Source of the DNA: Candidatus Kerfeldbacteria bacterium
GTDB lineage: Bacteria; Patescibacteriota; Patescibacteriia; UBA10025; JAHIVO01
Direction of reading: 5' to 3'
DNA: 64,000 nt
Assembly (NCBI GenBank): GCA_047946875.1
Contig: CP181398.1
Location: 905,041 to 969,040 of the forward strand
Positions within the stretch are counted from its first letter, which is position 1, and each line of letters starts with the position of its first letter. The notes under the pieces are model-generated. The model did not search any database. It had not been told where the DNA came from and saw only the letters and a list, made by a program, of their open reading frames with translations. Of this stretch, positions 1 to 8,430 are shown piece by piece. The position numbers were made by a program, and so were the translations under genes.

Positions 1-1070
1 CAGAATACAATACCAAGCCTATTGGGTCTGGACCATTAAAATTTAAAGAATTAACCAAAGATCGTTCAGGTACTATTAAATCATATTCTCTTGAACAAAA
101 TAGTAATTATTATTTACCTACTTCTTATCTTGAAGAAATTTCATTCAAATTTTATCCAGATTTTGAATCTGCTGTTAATGCAATTAACAACAATAATGTA
201 GACGGAATAAGTTATATTCCAAAAAGTTTAAAAGATTCTCTAACAAATAAAAAAATATATATTCATTCCTTACAATTACCACAATATACTGCAATATTTT
301 TTAACCAGAAAAACTCATTGTTTAAAAATGAAGATATAAATAAAGCTTTATCATTAGCTACAGATAAAGAGAGAATATTAAAAGAAGCATTACAAAGTCA
401 GGGAGTAATAGTAGATGCTCCAATTTTAGAAGGATATCTTGGTTATCACCCTGAGATTGCAAAATTCAATTATGACCCCGTAAGAGCAGGGCAAGTATTT
501 GATGAACAGGGCTGGAAAGTACCAGAAGAAGGTGGTCTCCGTCAAAAAGATGGTAATAAATTACAGTTTTCTTTAACTACTGTTGATCAACCAGAATATT
601 TATTAACAGCTAATATTCTTATTGAAAACTGGGAAGCACTAAACGTTGGTGTAGAATTAAGAATCATGAACCCAAGTCAAGTTGATAAAGAAGTAATCAA
701 AACTAGAAATTATGAAGCCTTCTTATACGGAGAAATACTTGGCTCAGACCCAGATCCATATCCATTCTGGCACTCAAGTCAAAGTTTAAATGGTGGTCTA
801 AATCTTTCTAGTTATTATAATAAAACTGCTGATACTCTTCTAGAAGACGCTAGACAAAGTGATAATAACGATGAAAGAGCTCAAAAATATATTGAATTTC
901 AAAATATCTTAACTGAGGATATGCCTGCAATATTTCTATATAGTCCCCTTTATGATTATGGAGTAACTAAGAAAATTAAAGGAATTGATACCAAACGCAT
1001 CACTGTGCCCTCCGACCGCTTCAATGGCGTCGAGGATTGGTATTCAAAAACAAAGTTAGGTTGGGAATAA
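1..1070 (+). CDS. ABC transporter substrate-binding protein (solute-binding family 5, OppA/DppA-like), 5' end cut by the window edge
   Basis: The reading frame runs from nt 3 without a stop into the listed ORF 318..1070, so the gene starts before the window. The sequence (SLNGGLNLSSYYNKTADTLLEDA, FLYSPLYDYGV) is typical of the C-terminal half of family-5 periplasmic binding proteins. Confidence 0.7.
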   Translation, partial: EYNTKPIGSGPLKFKELTKDRSGTIKSYSLEQNSNYYLPTSYLEEISFKFYPDFESAVNAINNNNVDGISYIPKSLKDSLTNKKIYIHSLQLPQYTAIFFNQKNSLFKNEDINKALSLATDKERILKEALQSQGVIVDAPILEGYLGYHPEIAKFNYDPVRAGQVFDEQGWKVPEEGGLRQKDGNKLQFSLTTVDQPEYLLTANILIENWEALNVGVELRIMNPSQVDKEVIKTRNYEAFLYGEILGSDPDPYPFWHSSQSLNGGLNLSSYYNKTADTLLEDARQSDNNDERAQKYIEFQNILTEDMPAIFLYSPLYDYGVTKKIKGIDTKRITVPSDRFNGVEDWYSKTKLGWE

Positions 1071-1102
1071 ATCAATTAATAAATTAAAACTTAAGAAATT
1101 TT

Positions 1103-1118
1103 CCCGTTAATAACGGGG
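1103..1118 (+). other. Short hairpin (cccgtta-ata-acgggg) just after the stop codon, with no T-run
   Basis: Inverted repeat read directly from the sequence; its function is unknown. Confidence 0.25.
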
Positions 1119-1223
1119 TAGATTGAATTACAAATTAAATAATTTATGTCGCGGTGGTGGAATTGGCCCGCCTCGCGTCGATGAGCGAACGCGAGTCGAG
1201 GCGAGTAGACGCATGATCAATAA

Positions 1224-1307
1224 GCCTAGGTGGTGGAATTGGTAGACACGCTAGCTTCAGGAGCTAGTGGGGGCAACCCCATGGAGGTTCGAGTCCTCTC
1301 CTAGGCA
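1224..1307 (+). tRNA. tRNA-Leu (anticodon CAG)
   Basis: I folded it by hand. The 7-bp acceptor stem is GCCTAGG/CCTAGGC with discriminator A. The D-arm is gtg/cac with an 11-nt loop. The anticodon stem is ctagc/gctag with loop ttCAGga. The long variable arm is gggg-caa-cccc. The T-arm is GGAGG-TTCGAGT-CCTCT. This type-II tRNA shape is typical of Leu. Confidence 0.88.
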
Positions 1308-1378
1308 TAGGTATTGGCAGAAGGGCATGCTACTAATAAAATAACGGAGTTTCCGCGACATTAACAATAAATAAATTT

Positions 1379-3100
1379 ATGGAAAAAAGAAATAAAAGAA
1401 AAAATCACTCAAAAAATAAACAGCACAATTCTGCTGGTAATAAATTACGGATTATACCGATCGGCGGCCAAGAAGAAGTTGGACGTAACATGACGATATA
1501 TGAATATGGTAATGATATTGTAATCCTTGATATGGGAATTCAATTTCCAGAAGAAGATATGCCTGGTATTGATTATATAATACCAAATGCTTCCTATCTA
1601 AAAGGTAAAGAAAAAAATATCAAAGCAGTAATTTTTTCACACGGTCATCTAGATCATATTGGCGCTGCTCCAATGTTATTAGAAAAACTTAATAATCCAA
1701 CTATTATTGGGCGTCCTCTTACTTTAGCTTTAATTAAAAAAAGAGTAGATGATTACAAAAAAGGATCATCTAGTAAATTGAAAACAATTACAATCAAATC
1801 TATAAATGACAAATTTAAACTTGGAAAATTCATAGCAACATTTTTTGCAGTTGATCACTCTATCATGGACGCAGTTGGAGTTGTATTTGAAACTGATCAA
1901 GGTTCGATCATTCATCCTGGAGATTGGACTTATGAAAAAGATCCTCTAGGAAGACCGATAACAAATTATCACAAATTATCAAAACTAAGGAAGCCTACAG
2001 TATTAATGCTAGAAAGTCTTGGCTCAACCAAAAGACAAGAACGTGTGCCAGAGAAAGTAATGTACGACAATTTACAAAAACTTATAAGACAATCACCAGG
2101 CAGAATAATAATAGGTACTTTTTCTTCACAGATAGAAAGAATCAAACAACTATTAGAATATAGCAACAGAATTGGAAAAAAAGTTGCTCTCGATGGCTAT
2201 AGCATGAAGACTAATATCGAGGTAGCAAAAGAACTTGGTTATATTAAAGTAAAAAAAGATACTTTAATTACGATAGATCAAATTCATAAATATCCCGATA
2301 AACAAGTGGTAGTTATCTGTACAGGCGCTCAAGGCGAGCCAAATGCAGTTTTGTCGAGAATTATTAGTGGTAACCATCGTTTTGTAAAAATTAAGAAACA
2401 AGATACGATTGTGTTCTCTTCATCAGTAATTCCTGGAAATGAAAGAACTATTCAAAGACTAAAAGACAACCTATATCGACTTTGTGATCATGTTGTTCAT
2501 AGTGACATTATGGACGTTCACTCTGGTGGACATAGCACCTCTGATGATATCTTAGAAATGATAAAACAAATCAGGCCTACATACTTTTTACCTGTCTATG
2601 CTAATCATTATTTCCTCAAAGAAGCAGAAATACTAGCCATCAAAAAAGGTTTTCCAAAAAAGAATATTTTTGTCTTAGATAATGGATCAATATTAGAATT
2701 TACCAGAAGAATTCCTAGATTACTACCTAAAAAAGTTAATACTGACTATGTCTTTGTAGATGGATTAGGGGTTGGTGATGTCTCACACGTCGTTTTACGT
2801 GACCGGCAAATGCTTGCTTCTGACGGTATGGCAGTAATTATTGTCACTATAGATTCTAAGACTGGTAAGCTAATTGGTAAGCCAGACATTATCTCTCGCG
2901 GGTTTATTTATATGAAACATAACAAAAAACTAATAGACCAAATAAGAGAAAAAGTAATTAAAGTATTAAAAGATAAAGAGCCTCGCGCCAAAGCTGATGA
3001 AGCATATATTAAAGCTAAAATTAGAGATAAAATTGGCCAATTTCTATATTCAAAAACTGAGAGAAGGCCAATGGTTTTACCCGTGGTCATCGAGGTTTAG
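1379..3100 (+). CDS. rnj: Ribonuclease J (metallo-beta-lactamase / beta-CASP RNase)
   Basis: 573 aa with the HGHLDH metallo-beta-lactamase motif, the RNase J domain order, and a length close to characterised RNase J (about 555 aa). Confidence 0.85.
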   Translation: MEKRNKRKNHSKNKQHNSAGNKLRIIPIGGQEEVGRNMTIYEYGNDIVILDMGIQFPEEDMPGIDYIIPNASYLKGKEKNIKAVIFSHGHLDHIGAAPMLLEKLNNPTIIGRPLTLALIKKRVDDYKKGSSSKLKTITIKSINDKFKLGKFIATFFAVDHSIMDAVGVVFETDQGSIIHPGDWTYEKDPLGRPITNYHKLSKLRKPTVLMLESLGSTKRQERVPEKVMYDNLQKLIRQSPGRIIIGTFSSQIERIKQLLEYSNRIGKKVALDGYSMKTNIEVAKELGYIKVKKDTLITIDQIHKYPDKQVVVICTGAQGEPNAVLSRIISGNHRFVKIKKQDTIVFSSSVIPGNERTIQRLKDNLYRLCDHVVHSDIMDVHSGGHSTSDDILEMIKQIRPTYFLPVYANHYFLKEAEILAIKKGFPKKNIFVLDNGSILEFTRRIPRLLPKKVNTDYVFVDGLGVGDVSHVVLRDRQMLASDGMAVIIVTIDSKTGKLIGKPDIISRGFIYMKHNKKLIDQIREKVIKVLKDKEPRAKADEAYIKAKIRDKIGQFLYSKTERRPMVLPVVIEV

Positions 3101-3128
3101 TAATATACTATCACTTATAAATATTAAA

Positions 3129-3156
3129 AGACCCTTAAATAAAGGGTCTTTTTTGT
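3129..3156. terminator. Rho-independent terminator (agaccctt-aaat-aaagggtct followed by TTTTTT), probably bidirectional between convergent genes
   Basis: A perfect 8-bp stem followed by a T-run, lying between the 3' ends of rnj (+) and the membrane protein gene (-). Confidence 0.65.
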
Positions 3157-3214
3157 TATATTTTAAGTATATAGATAATTTACTACTAAATTTTGATGGA
3201 TTAACTGAGTAATA

Positions 3215-4066
3215 TTATATTTCAGGATATTTGAAAAATAAAGGCATAGTAAATTTATTACATTGAGTTTCAAACTTCCCGTCTGAAGAAATAAAATCTG
3301 GCCTAACTTTATTATTATTTTTATAGTAGTCTAGTTCTTTAAAGCAACTATCTTTACTTGATATAATATCGTTTGAATTAAGTGTTCCACTAAGCATGTT
3401 ACAAACTTTCTCAAATTTTTCAATTGACATTAAATCACCTTCACATACTAATTCTCGATAGATTATTTTTTCTGAATATTCAATATATTTATTATTGATT
3501 ATTAAAGAAGTATATAATGAAACACCAATAAAGAGTATTATTATAGCTATAGATATGATGGTCAATATATTTTTTTTAAATTTTTTGTAGAATAGTTTAT
3601 GGCCAATAAATATTACACCAAAAGCAAAAATATTGTAAATGAAAAAACTTGCTAATGGGGCAAAATCGTCCCCCTCAGAATTAAATATTCCCCATATTGA
3701 AAAAATTATTGTTGTTCCAATAAAAATTAATATTCTCTTCCCTAAAGAAACATTAAATATCATCGGAATGATTAAAATTACAGCAATAAAGTACCATTCC
3801 GAAAAAGCTTCTTGAAAAAAATAAGTCCTTCCTCCACTTGAAAGACCTACAATTAGAAAAATTAATACTAATAATGATAAGATAATAGAATATAAGATAC
3901 GATAAATAATACTTAACTGTTTATTTGAACTGTTAGACTTGTTATCCAATAGTTTGTTTATATTATCTTCAGAATAACCTTGCGATTTTAGCTGTTCAAA
4001 AATTTGTTGGTTATTTAGACCGTTTTTTTTTGCTTCACCTAACCATTTTTTAAGTTCATCATTCAT
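3215..4066 (-). CDS. Polytopic membrane protein with an N-terminal soluble domain (hypothetical)
   Basis: The ORF is 3215..4210, but the first 48 codons overlap the repeated intergenic element R1. A likely true start is MNDELKKWLGEAKK at about 4066. Several hydrophobic helices follow. Confidence 0.5.
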   Translation of the reverse strand: MNDELKKWLGEAKKNGLNNQQIFEQLKSQGYSEDNINKLLDNKSNSSNKQLSIIYRILYSIILSLLVLIFLIVGLSSGGRTYFFQEAFSEWYFIAVILIIPMIFNVSLGKRILIFIGTTIIFSIWGIFNSEGDDFAPLASFFIYNIFAFGVIFIGHKLFYKKFKKNILTIISIAIIILFIGVSLYTSLIINNKYIEYSEKIIYRELVCEGDLMSIEKFEKVCNMLSGTLNSNDIISSKDSCFKELDYYKNNNKVRPDFISSDGKFETQCNKFTMPLFFKYPEI

Positions 4067-4110
4067 ATAATTAATTTTAACATTTAATAAATTAAATATA
4101 TCATAAACTA

Positions 4111-4280
4111 CCCCAAAAATATATCTACAGGATGATTTTTTGAAAGGGTGGCTAAAGCCTGTCCCAAACTTGTTTTGGGATCTGCTTATTCGAACTAATC
4201 TCAAAATCATTGAGGTTTTATTAGATTTTTCTTATATGGTAGACTTACTACAGGAAGTTAAGTTATTAAAAATATAAACT
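4111..4280 (+). promoter_or_regulatory. Repeated upstream element R1, copy A, with a TGn-extended -10 box (TGGTAGACT, about 4238-4246) roughly 35 nt before the ATG
   Basis: About 80% identical to 6336..6546, with partial copies at 5594..5672 and 7195..7250. Each copy sits directly 5' of a start codon. Confidence 0.55.
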
Positions 4281-4997
4281 ATGGAAAACCAACAGACAGA
4301 AGAACAAAATCAACAACCAACCCCACAGCCAAAAAAACCAAAGAAGAAGTTTTATACGAGATGGTGGTTTTGGACGACACTAATTATAATTTTAATGCTT
4401 ATTATAGGGGTAGTGTGGTTTATTGAACGTCAAGACGAAAATTCTTCAAATAATCAGGCCGATATAGCGAGCTGGAAAAGTTTTCATAATGATATATATA
4501 ATATTACGCTTAAATATCCGGATTACTTGTTTAGAGATACAAGTAAAGAATTAAGTGATGGTTATATGTTATACGCAGTGAAGCCTTGCGATACGGATTG
4601 CAACGCTGAGAATTTGGATGAACCAGTTGATGTATATCTGCGAGTAGTATTTATTCCTAATAATGAAAATCAAACACTTGATGAGTTGCTTAATCAACCT
4701 TTTTATGAAACTCAAAAATCCATAGAAGAGTTGAATATGCCCGAAAATATTTTAGATGGCCTAGGTGTTCCCACAGAACCAACATATAAAATTGATGAAT
4801 ATATAAAATTTAAAATTGATGAATATGATGCTATTAGGTCTGGGGTTCTATATTATGACGAGCCTGCAGAGGAATATAAATATGAACATGTATTTATAAC
4901 ACTAAAAAATGGGTTTATTCGCATTTCTGAACATAGTCTAAAAGAAATTAAGTTTAGCTCAGATTTTGAAAAAATAATTACATCTGTTGATTTTTAA
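4281..4997 (+). CDS. Type-II membrane-anchored protein, paralog family (hypothetical)
   Basis: 238 aa. The N-terminus (MENQQTEEQNQQPTPQPKKPKKKFYTRWWFW) plus a TM helix is shared with the next gene; the C-terminal domain differs. Confidence 0.6.
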   Translation: MENQQTEEQNQQPTPQPKKPKKKFYTRWWFWTTLIIILMLIIGVVWFIERQDENSSNNQADIASWKSFHNDIYNITLKYPDYLFRDTSKELSDGYMLYAVKPCDTDCNAENLDEPVDVYLRVVFIPNNENQTLDELLNQPFYETQKSIEELNMPENILDGLGVPTEPTYKIDEYIKFKIDEYDAIRSGVLYYDEPAEEYKYEHVFITLKNGFIRISEHSLKEIKFSSDFEKIITSVDF

Positions 4998-5014
4998 GTA
5001 TTAAATATATAAGT

Positions 5015-5584
5015 ATGGAAGAACAAAATCAGCAACCAACACCACAACCAGAAGAACCAAAAAAGAAAATTTATAAGAAATGGTGGTTGTGGGTACTTAC
5101 AATAATAATATTAGGATTTTTTGTGGGATTATTAAGTTTATATATATGGAGTGATATAGATTATCCTTGTAGTCTATGTGAAGCATATGGACAAGGTAAT
5201 ATTATAGAAAAAATAAATAAAAATATTTATGATTATAAATGTGAAAAAGCGGGAAGAATAATTAAAGAAATAGGATGGTCAGGAGCAGTTTGTTTTGAGC
5301 GCTCAGACAAGGCAAACCAGAATTGTATTCAGAATAGTGATTGTGATGGTGGGGCATGTGAGCCTTCGGCTTGGACAAATCTAATTAATATTCATTCGCA
5401 AGAAACAGAATTAAGCAATAAAGATGCCTTGCGTATCAATAATGATGGATATGTTTTAGGGACGTGTAGTGATGCAAAATATAGATTGGAGCCATATAGT
5501 GGAGACGATATGCCGTGTGGGCTTTCATTAACAATACCAACTAAAACTCCCCCAAGTTCATTAAGCACTCTTTTTTGTGATTAA
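5015..5584 (+). CDS. Type-II membrane-anchored, Cys-rich protein, paralog of the 4281..4997 gene (hypothetical)
   Basis: 189 aa. The N-terminus (MEEQNQQPTPQPEEPKKKIYKKWWLW) plus TM helix matches the upstream gene. The C-terminal domain has about 14 Cys. Confidence 0.6.
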   Translation: MEEQNQQPTPQPEEPKKKIYKKWWLWVLTIIILGFFVGLLSLYIWSDIDYPCSLCEAYGQGNIIEKINKNIYDYKCEKAGRIIKEIGWSGAVCFERSDKANQNCIQNSDCDGGACEPSAWTNLINIHSQETELSNKDALRINNDGYVLGTCSDAKYRLEPYSGDDMPCGLSLTIPTKTPPSSLSTLFCD

Positions 5585-5593
5585 TATTATGAA

Positions 5594-5672
5594 AATATCT
5601 ACGGGATAATTTATTGGATTTTCCTTATATGGTAGACTTAGTTCAGGAAGTTAAATTATTAAAGGTATAAAT
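5594..5672 (+). promoter_or_regulatory. R1 partial copy D (contains CTTATATGGTAGACTTA and the spacer before the ATG)
   Basis: Matches the 3' part of copies A and B. Confidence 0.5.
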
Positions 5673-5987
5673 ATGGAAGAAGAACAAGATAATAAAAGAG
5701 ATATACCTAACTGGAGATTTTATTTAACACCAGTATATATGTATATTAGTGCAATATTAGTATTCTGGTTTTTTGTTGGTAAGCAAGGAGATGGAATAAT
5801 GTCTTTATTAATCGGATTGGCCGCAGGGTTTGTATTTATAGTTTTATGGATTATACAGACATATATTTCTACAAAATCACCCTCTTCAAAATATAAAGTA
5901 TCAGTAAAGAAATTAGTTTTAATGGGGGTGTATTCTTTTATCTTTTTTATTGCTTGTTTAATTATTATTATATTAATTTTTAATTAG
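5673..5987 (+). CDS. Small membrane protein (hypothetical)
   Basis: 104 aa with three hydrophobic segments; it follows an R1 partial copy. Confidence 0.5.
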   Translation: MEEEQDNKRDIPNWRFYLTPVYMYISAILVFWFFVGKQGDGIMSLLIGLAAGFVFIVLWIIQTYISTKSPSSKYKVSVKKLVLMGVYSFIFFIACLIIIILIFN

Positions 5988-5991
5988 AATT

Positions 5992-6261
5992 ATGGAAGAA
6001 AAAATAACAAAAAAAGAAAATATTCAAAGTTATTCTGGCTGGGCTATTGGTGGTTTTATTGTTGGATTATTTTCGATACCAATACTTTCACCTTTAGCAG
6101 TAACTGGAGCAATACCTGTTTTAGCGATAATATTAAGTGGAATGGGTCTTAGTCAAGTAAAGAAGAAAAATAAAAAAGGCAGAGGTTTGGCGATAGCTGG
6201 ATTACTTTTTGCAATTATTGGAATAATTTATACTGGCTACATTTTATTTTTTGTGGTGTAG
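5992..6261 (+). CDS. Small membrane protein, DUF4190-like
   Basis: 89 aa with two TM helices and a Gly-rich pattern (GWAIGGFIVGLFSIP ... GLAIAGLLFAIIGII) typical of DUF4190. Confidence 0.5.
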   Translation: MEEKITKKENIQSYSGWAIGGFIVGLFSIPILSPLAVTGAIPVLAIILSGMGLSQVKKKNKKGRGLAIAGLLFAIIGIIYTGYILFFVV

Positions 6262-6292
6262 TGTTGTTTATTACTTTCCCTTAATATGAAAA

Positions 6293-6325
6293 ATACCTCT
6301 CAATAAATTAGGAGATATTTTTTAT
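6293..6325 (+). terminator. Rho-independent terminator (acctctcaa-taaa-ttaggagat followed by ATTTTTT); homologous to the one at 7131
   Basis: Hairpin plus T-run. Its sequence is conserved with the terminator after the 6547..7143 gene. Confidence 0.6.
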
Positions 6326-6335
6326 TCAAAAAACC

Positions 6336-6546
6336 ACCCTAAAAACATATCTACAGAGATGCCTGCCCGCCTCTGGAGGGATTTTTTAATGGGGTGGCTA
6401 AAGCCTGCACCGAACTTGTTTTGGGATCTGCTTATTCGAACCCCGCATCTTGCGGGACAAGCCAATCTCAAAATCATTGAGGTTTTGTTGGATTTTAGGT
6501 ATATGGTAGAATTAATTAAGGAGGTTAAACAATTAAGACCATAAAT
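6336..6546 (+). promoter_or_regulatory. R1 copy B (full length, with two GC-rich hairpin insertions compared with copy A; extended -10 TGGTAGAAT; RBS AAGGAGG)
   Basis: Aligned by eye to 4111..4280. The listed 61-aa ORF 6359..6544 lies inside this repeat and is not coding in copy A. Confidence 0.55.
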
Positions 6547-7143
6547 ATGAAAAAATTTGTACTAGTTATATTTGCTTTATTGATTTTTATATTTCCATTA
6601 AACGTATATGCTATAACTATTGATAATGTTGAAACATGGTGTAGTACAGGATTTGATATTACAATAAAAGATATTAAAAACCCAAATGATTGTTTACAAA
6701 TCAGCGCTGATGATTGTGAGGGCAATGTAGTAATTATTAATAAGTGTGATAATGTTTTTTATACCTATGAAGATGGACAAATTGATTATACTTATATGAT
6801 TACTTCAAATAAGGAATTGTATGAAGAGTATAAGGCAAGTGTTAAAATTCATAATGAAAATTATCCTGAAAGTGCCGGTGAAACTCTAACCAGAGTTAGT
6901 AGCAATAAATATGTGCGTCCAACCACAGAAGATTGGAAAGTTAAAATTTATTCAGAAGAAGATGGAGTTGATACTGTTATTACTGGAACCGCTGAAATTG
7001 ATGGGTACACTGAACCATGGTGGAAAAATGATAATAGTCCTATTTTTATAATACTAATTTTAGGAGGCACAGTATTAATTATTGGAGTTGTTTTATTGTT
7101 TTATTTAATAAATAAAAAGAAAAATAAAAACACCTCCCAATAG
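6547..7143 (+). CDS. Secreted protein with an N-terminal signal peptide and a C-terminal TM anchor (hypothetical)
   Basis: 198 aa. The signal-like start is MKKFVLVIFALLIFIFPLNVYA; the C-terminus has a hydrophobic helix and a basic tail. Confidence 0.6.
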   Translation: MKKFVLVIFALLIFIFPLNVYAITIDNVETWCSTGFDITIKDIKNPNDCLQISADDCEGNVVIINKCDNVFYTYEDGQIDYTYMITSNKELYEEYKASVKIHNENYPESAGETLTRVSSNKYVRPTTEDWKVKIYSEEDGVDTVITGTAEIDGYTEPWWKNDNSPIFIILILGGTVLIIGVVLLFYLINKKKNKNTSQ

Positions 7144-7160
7144 TTTGGGAGATATTTTTT
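7131..7160 (+). terminator. Rho-independent terminator (acctcccaa-tagt-ttgggagat followed by ATTTTTT)
   Basis: Hairpin plus T-run; related in sequence to the terminator at 6293. Confidence 0.6.
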
Positions 7161-7194
7161 CCTGGAGAGACAACTATATATTAGTTATATACCC

Positions 7195-7250
7195 AGGTGG
7201 CTAGAGGAAATCGAACCCCGCATCTTGCGGGACAAGCTAATTTCAAAATT
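7195..7250 (+). promoter_or_regulatory. R1 partial copy C (tcgaaccccgcatcttgcgggacaagc-taatttcaaaat) upstream of trpS
   Basis: Shares a roughly 38-nt block, including the cccgc-atctt-gcggg hairpin, with copy B. Confidence 0.45.
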
Positions 7251-7276
7251 AAGTAAAATATGTTAAAATACAATAT

Positions 7277-8410
7277 ATGAAACATATAGTTTTTTCGGGT
7301 ATTCAGCCCTCAGGACAACTACATATAGGTAATTATTTCGGAGCAATCCGGTCATGGCTTGAGCTACAAAAAAGCAGTAACCATGATTGTACTTTTGCTA
7401 TTGTTGATTATCATGCTCTGACAGAAAGTCCTAATCCAAAAGAACTAGAACAAAGAATTTTTGATACCGCGGTTGATTTCTTATCAGCCGGTCTTGATCC
7501 TAGTAAAAGCACAATTATGCTCCAATCACTTGTTCCTGAGCATACTGACTTAGCTTGGATATTAAACTGTACGACATCACTCTCATGGTTAGAACGAGTA
7601 CCAACTTTCAAAGATAAAGCTGAGCAATATAAACATAATCTTAATGTTGGACTTCTAAACTACCCTGTACTCATGGCAGCTGATATTTTGATATACAAAG
7701 CTGATACTGTACCGGTTGGCCATGATCAACTCGCCCACCTTGAATTAACCCGAGAGATAGCTAGAAGTTTTAATTCTAAATATGGCAAAACTTTGATTGA
7801 GCCAAAAGCTAAGATAACTCCTACCCCTAAGATAATGAGTCTAAATGATCCTACTAAGAAAATGAGTAAAAGTCTAGGCCCAAAAGCATATTTAGCATTA
7901 TCAGATGGACCAAAAGTAATTGAAAAAAAGATTAAATCAATGCCAACAGCTACTGGAGATGAGAAAAAAATTATTAACGAATTCATTGGCGGTACTCTAG
8001 AAATAAACTCCAGACAAAAGTCAAACCTTGACTCCAAAACAAATAATCATGAAATTCATACAGAAGAAGATTTAACAAATATCAAAAAAAGGCTTGGCGA
8101 AAAAAATTATTCCACTTTTATGGCTCTATATAATTTTTATATGTTGCTATACATTTTTTCCAAACAGAAACAAAGAAATAATTTTGTTAAGGACTTAAAA
8201 AATAATTCAATTAAATTTTCTGATTATAAAAAAATATTGATAGATAGTATAGTTAAATTTCCAGAGCTTGTTGAATTTCGAAAAAATAGGGCCAAATTTG
8301 AGAAAAATCCCAAAATGGTAGAAAAAATCCTTAAATCTGGCAGTGCTCAAGCGAAAAGAAAGGCCCATAAAAACCTAGGAATGATAAAAAAGAAGATAGG
8401 TTTAGCATAA
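7277..8410 (+). CDS. trpS: Tryptophan--tRNA ligase
   Basis: Class-I HIGH motif (HIGNYFG) and the KMSKS motif are present. At 377 aa it is 40-50 aa longer than typical TrpS, because of a Lys/Asn-rich insertion in the C-terminal half. Confidence 0.85.
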   Translation: MKHIVFSGIQPSGQLHIGNYFGAIRSWLELQKSSNHDCTFAIVDYHALTESPNPKELEQRIFDTAVDFLSAGLDPSKSTIMLQSLVPEHTDLAWILNCTTSLSWLERVPTFKDKAEQYKHNLNVGLLNYPVLMAADILIYKADTVPVGHDQLAHLELTREIARSFNSKYGKTLIEPKAKITPTPKIMSLNDPTKKMSKSLGPKAYLALSDGPKVIEKKIKSMPTATGDEKKIINEFIGGTLEINSRQKSNLDSKTNNHEIHTEEDLTNIKKRLGEKNYSTFMALYNFYMLLYIFSKQKQRNNFVKDLKNNSIKFSDYKKILIDSIVKFPELVEFRKNRAKFEKNPKMVEKILKSGSAQAKRKAHKNLGMIKKKIGLA

Positions 8411-8430
8411 ACGTTATTTTCGACAATAAA

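Noticed and set aside
1969-3212. Short ORFs 1969..2166(-), 2908..3090(-) and 2997..3212(+) overlapping the RNase J gene
   Set aside because: They lie antisense to or overlap the tail of a well-supported 573-aa RNase J CDS and have low-complexity hydrophobic translations typical of spurious frames in AT-rich DNA.
6359-6544. 61-aa ORF (MPARLWRDFLMGWLKPAP...) inside the intergenic region
   Set aside because: It lies entirely inside R1 copy B. The equivalent frame in copy A is interrupted after 3 codons, so the repeat is non-coding.
4148-7245. tRNA-like or tRNA-fragment interpretation of R1 (it contains TTCGAAC, the reverse complement of the T-loop GTTCGAA)
   Set aside because: I tried to fold it as a tRNA on either strand. 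There is no acceptor stem, the T-stem is wrong, and the candidate anticodon loop is not 7 nt, so the resemblance is superficial.
3215-7276. Integron-like gene cassette array (R1 as attC sites)
   Set aside because: No RYYYAAC/GTTRRRY core sites are present. The repeats sit 5' of the genes with promoter and RBS features rather than 3' of them, and no integrase gene is present.
7411-8037. Antisense ORFs 7411..7611(-) and 7726..8037(-) within trpS, and similar antisense ORFs inside glyA, rpoB, rpoC, ftsK, metK, uvrB and others (e.g. 19113..19382, 39038..39322, 44332..44738, 62539..62979)
   Set aside because: They are embedded antisense in strongly supported conserved genes and have no motifs. 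These are standard spurious frames.
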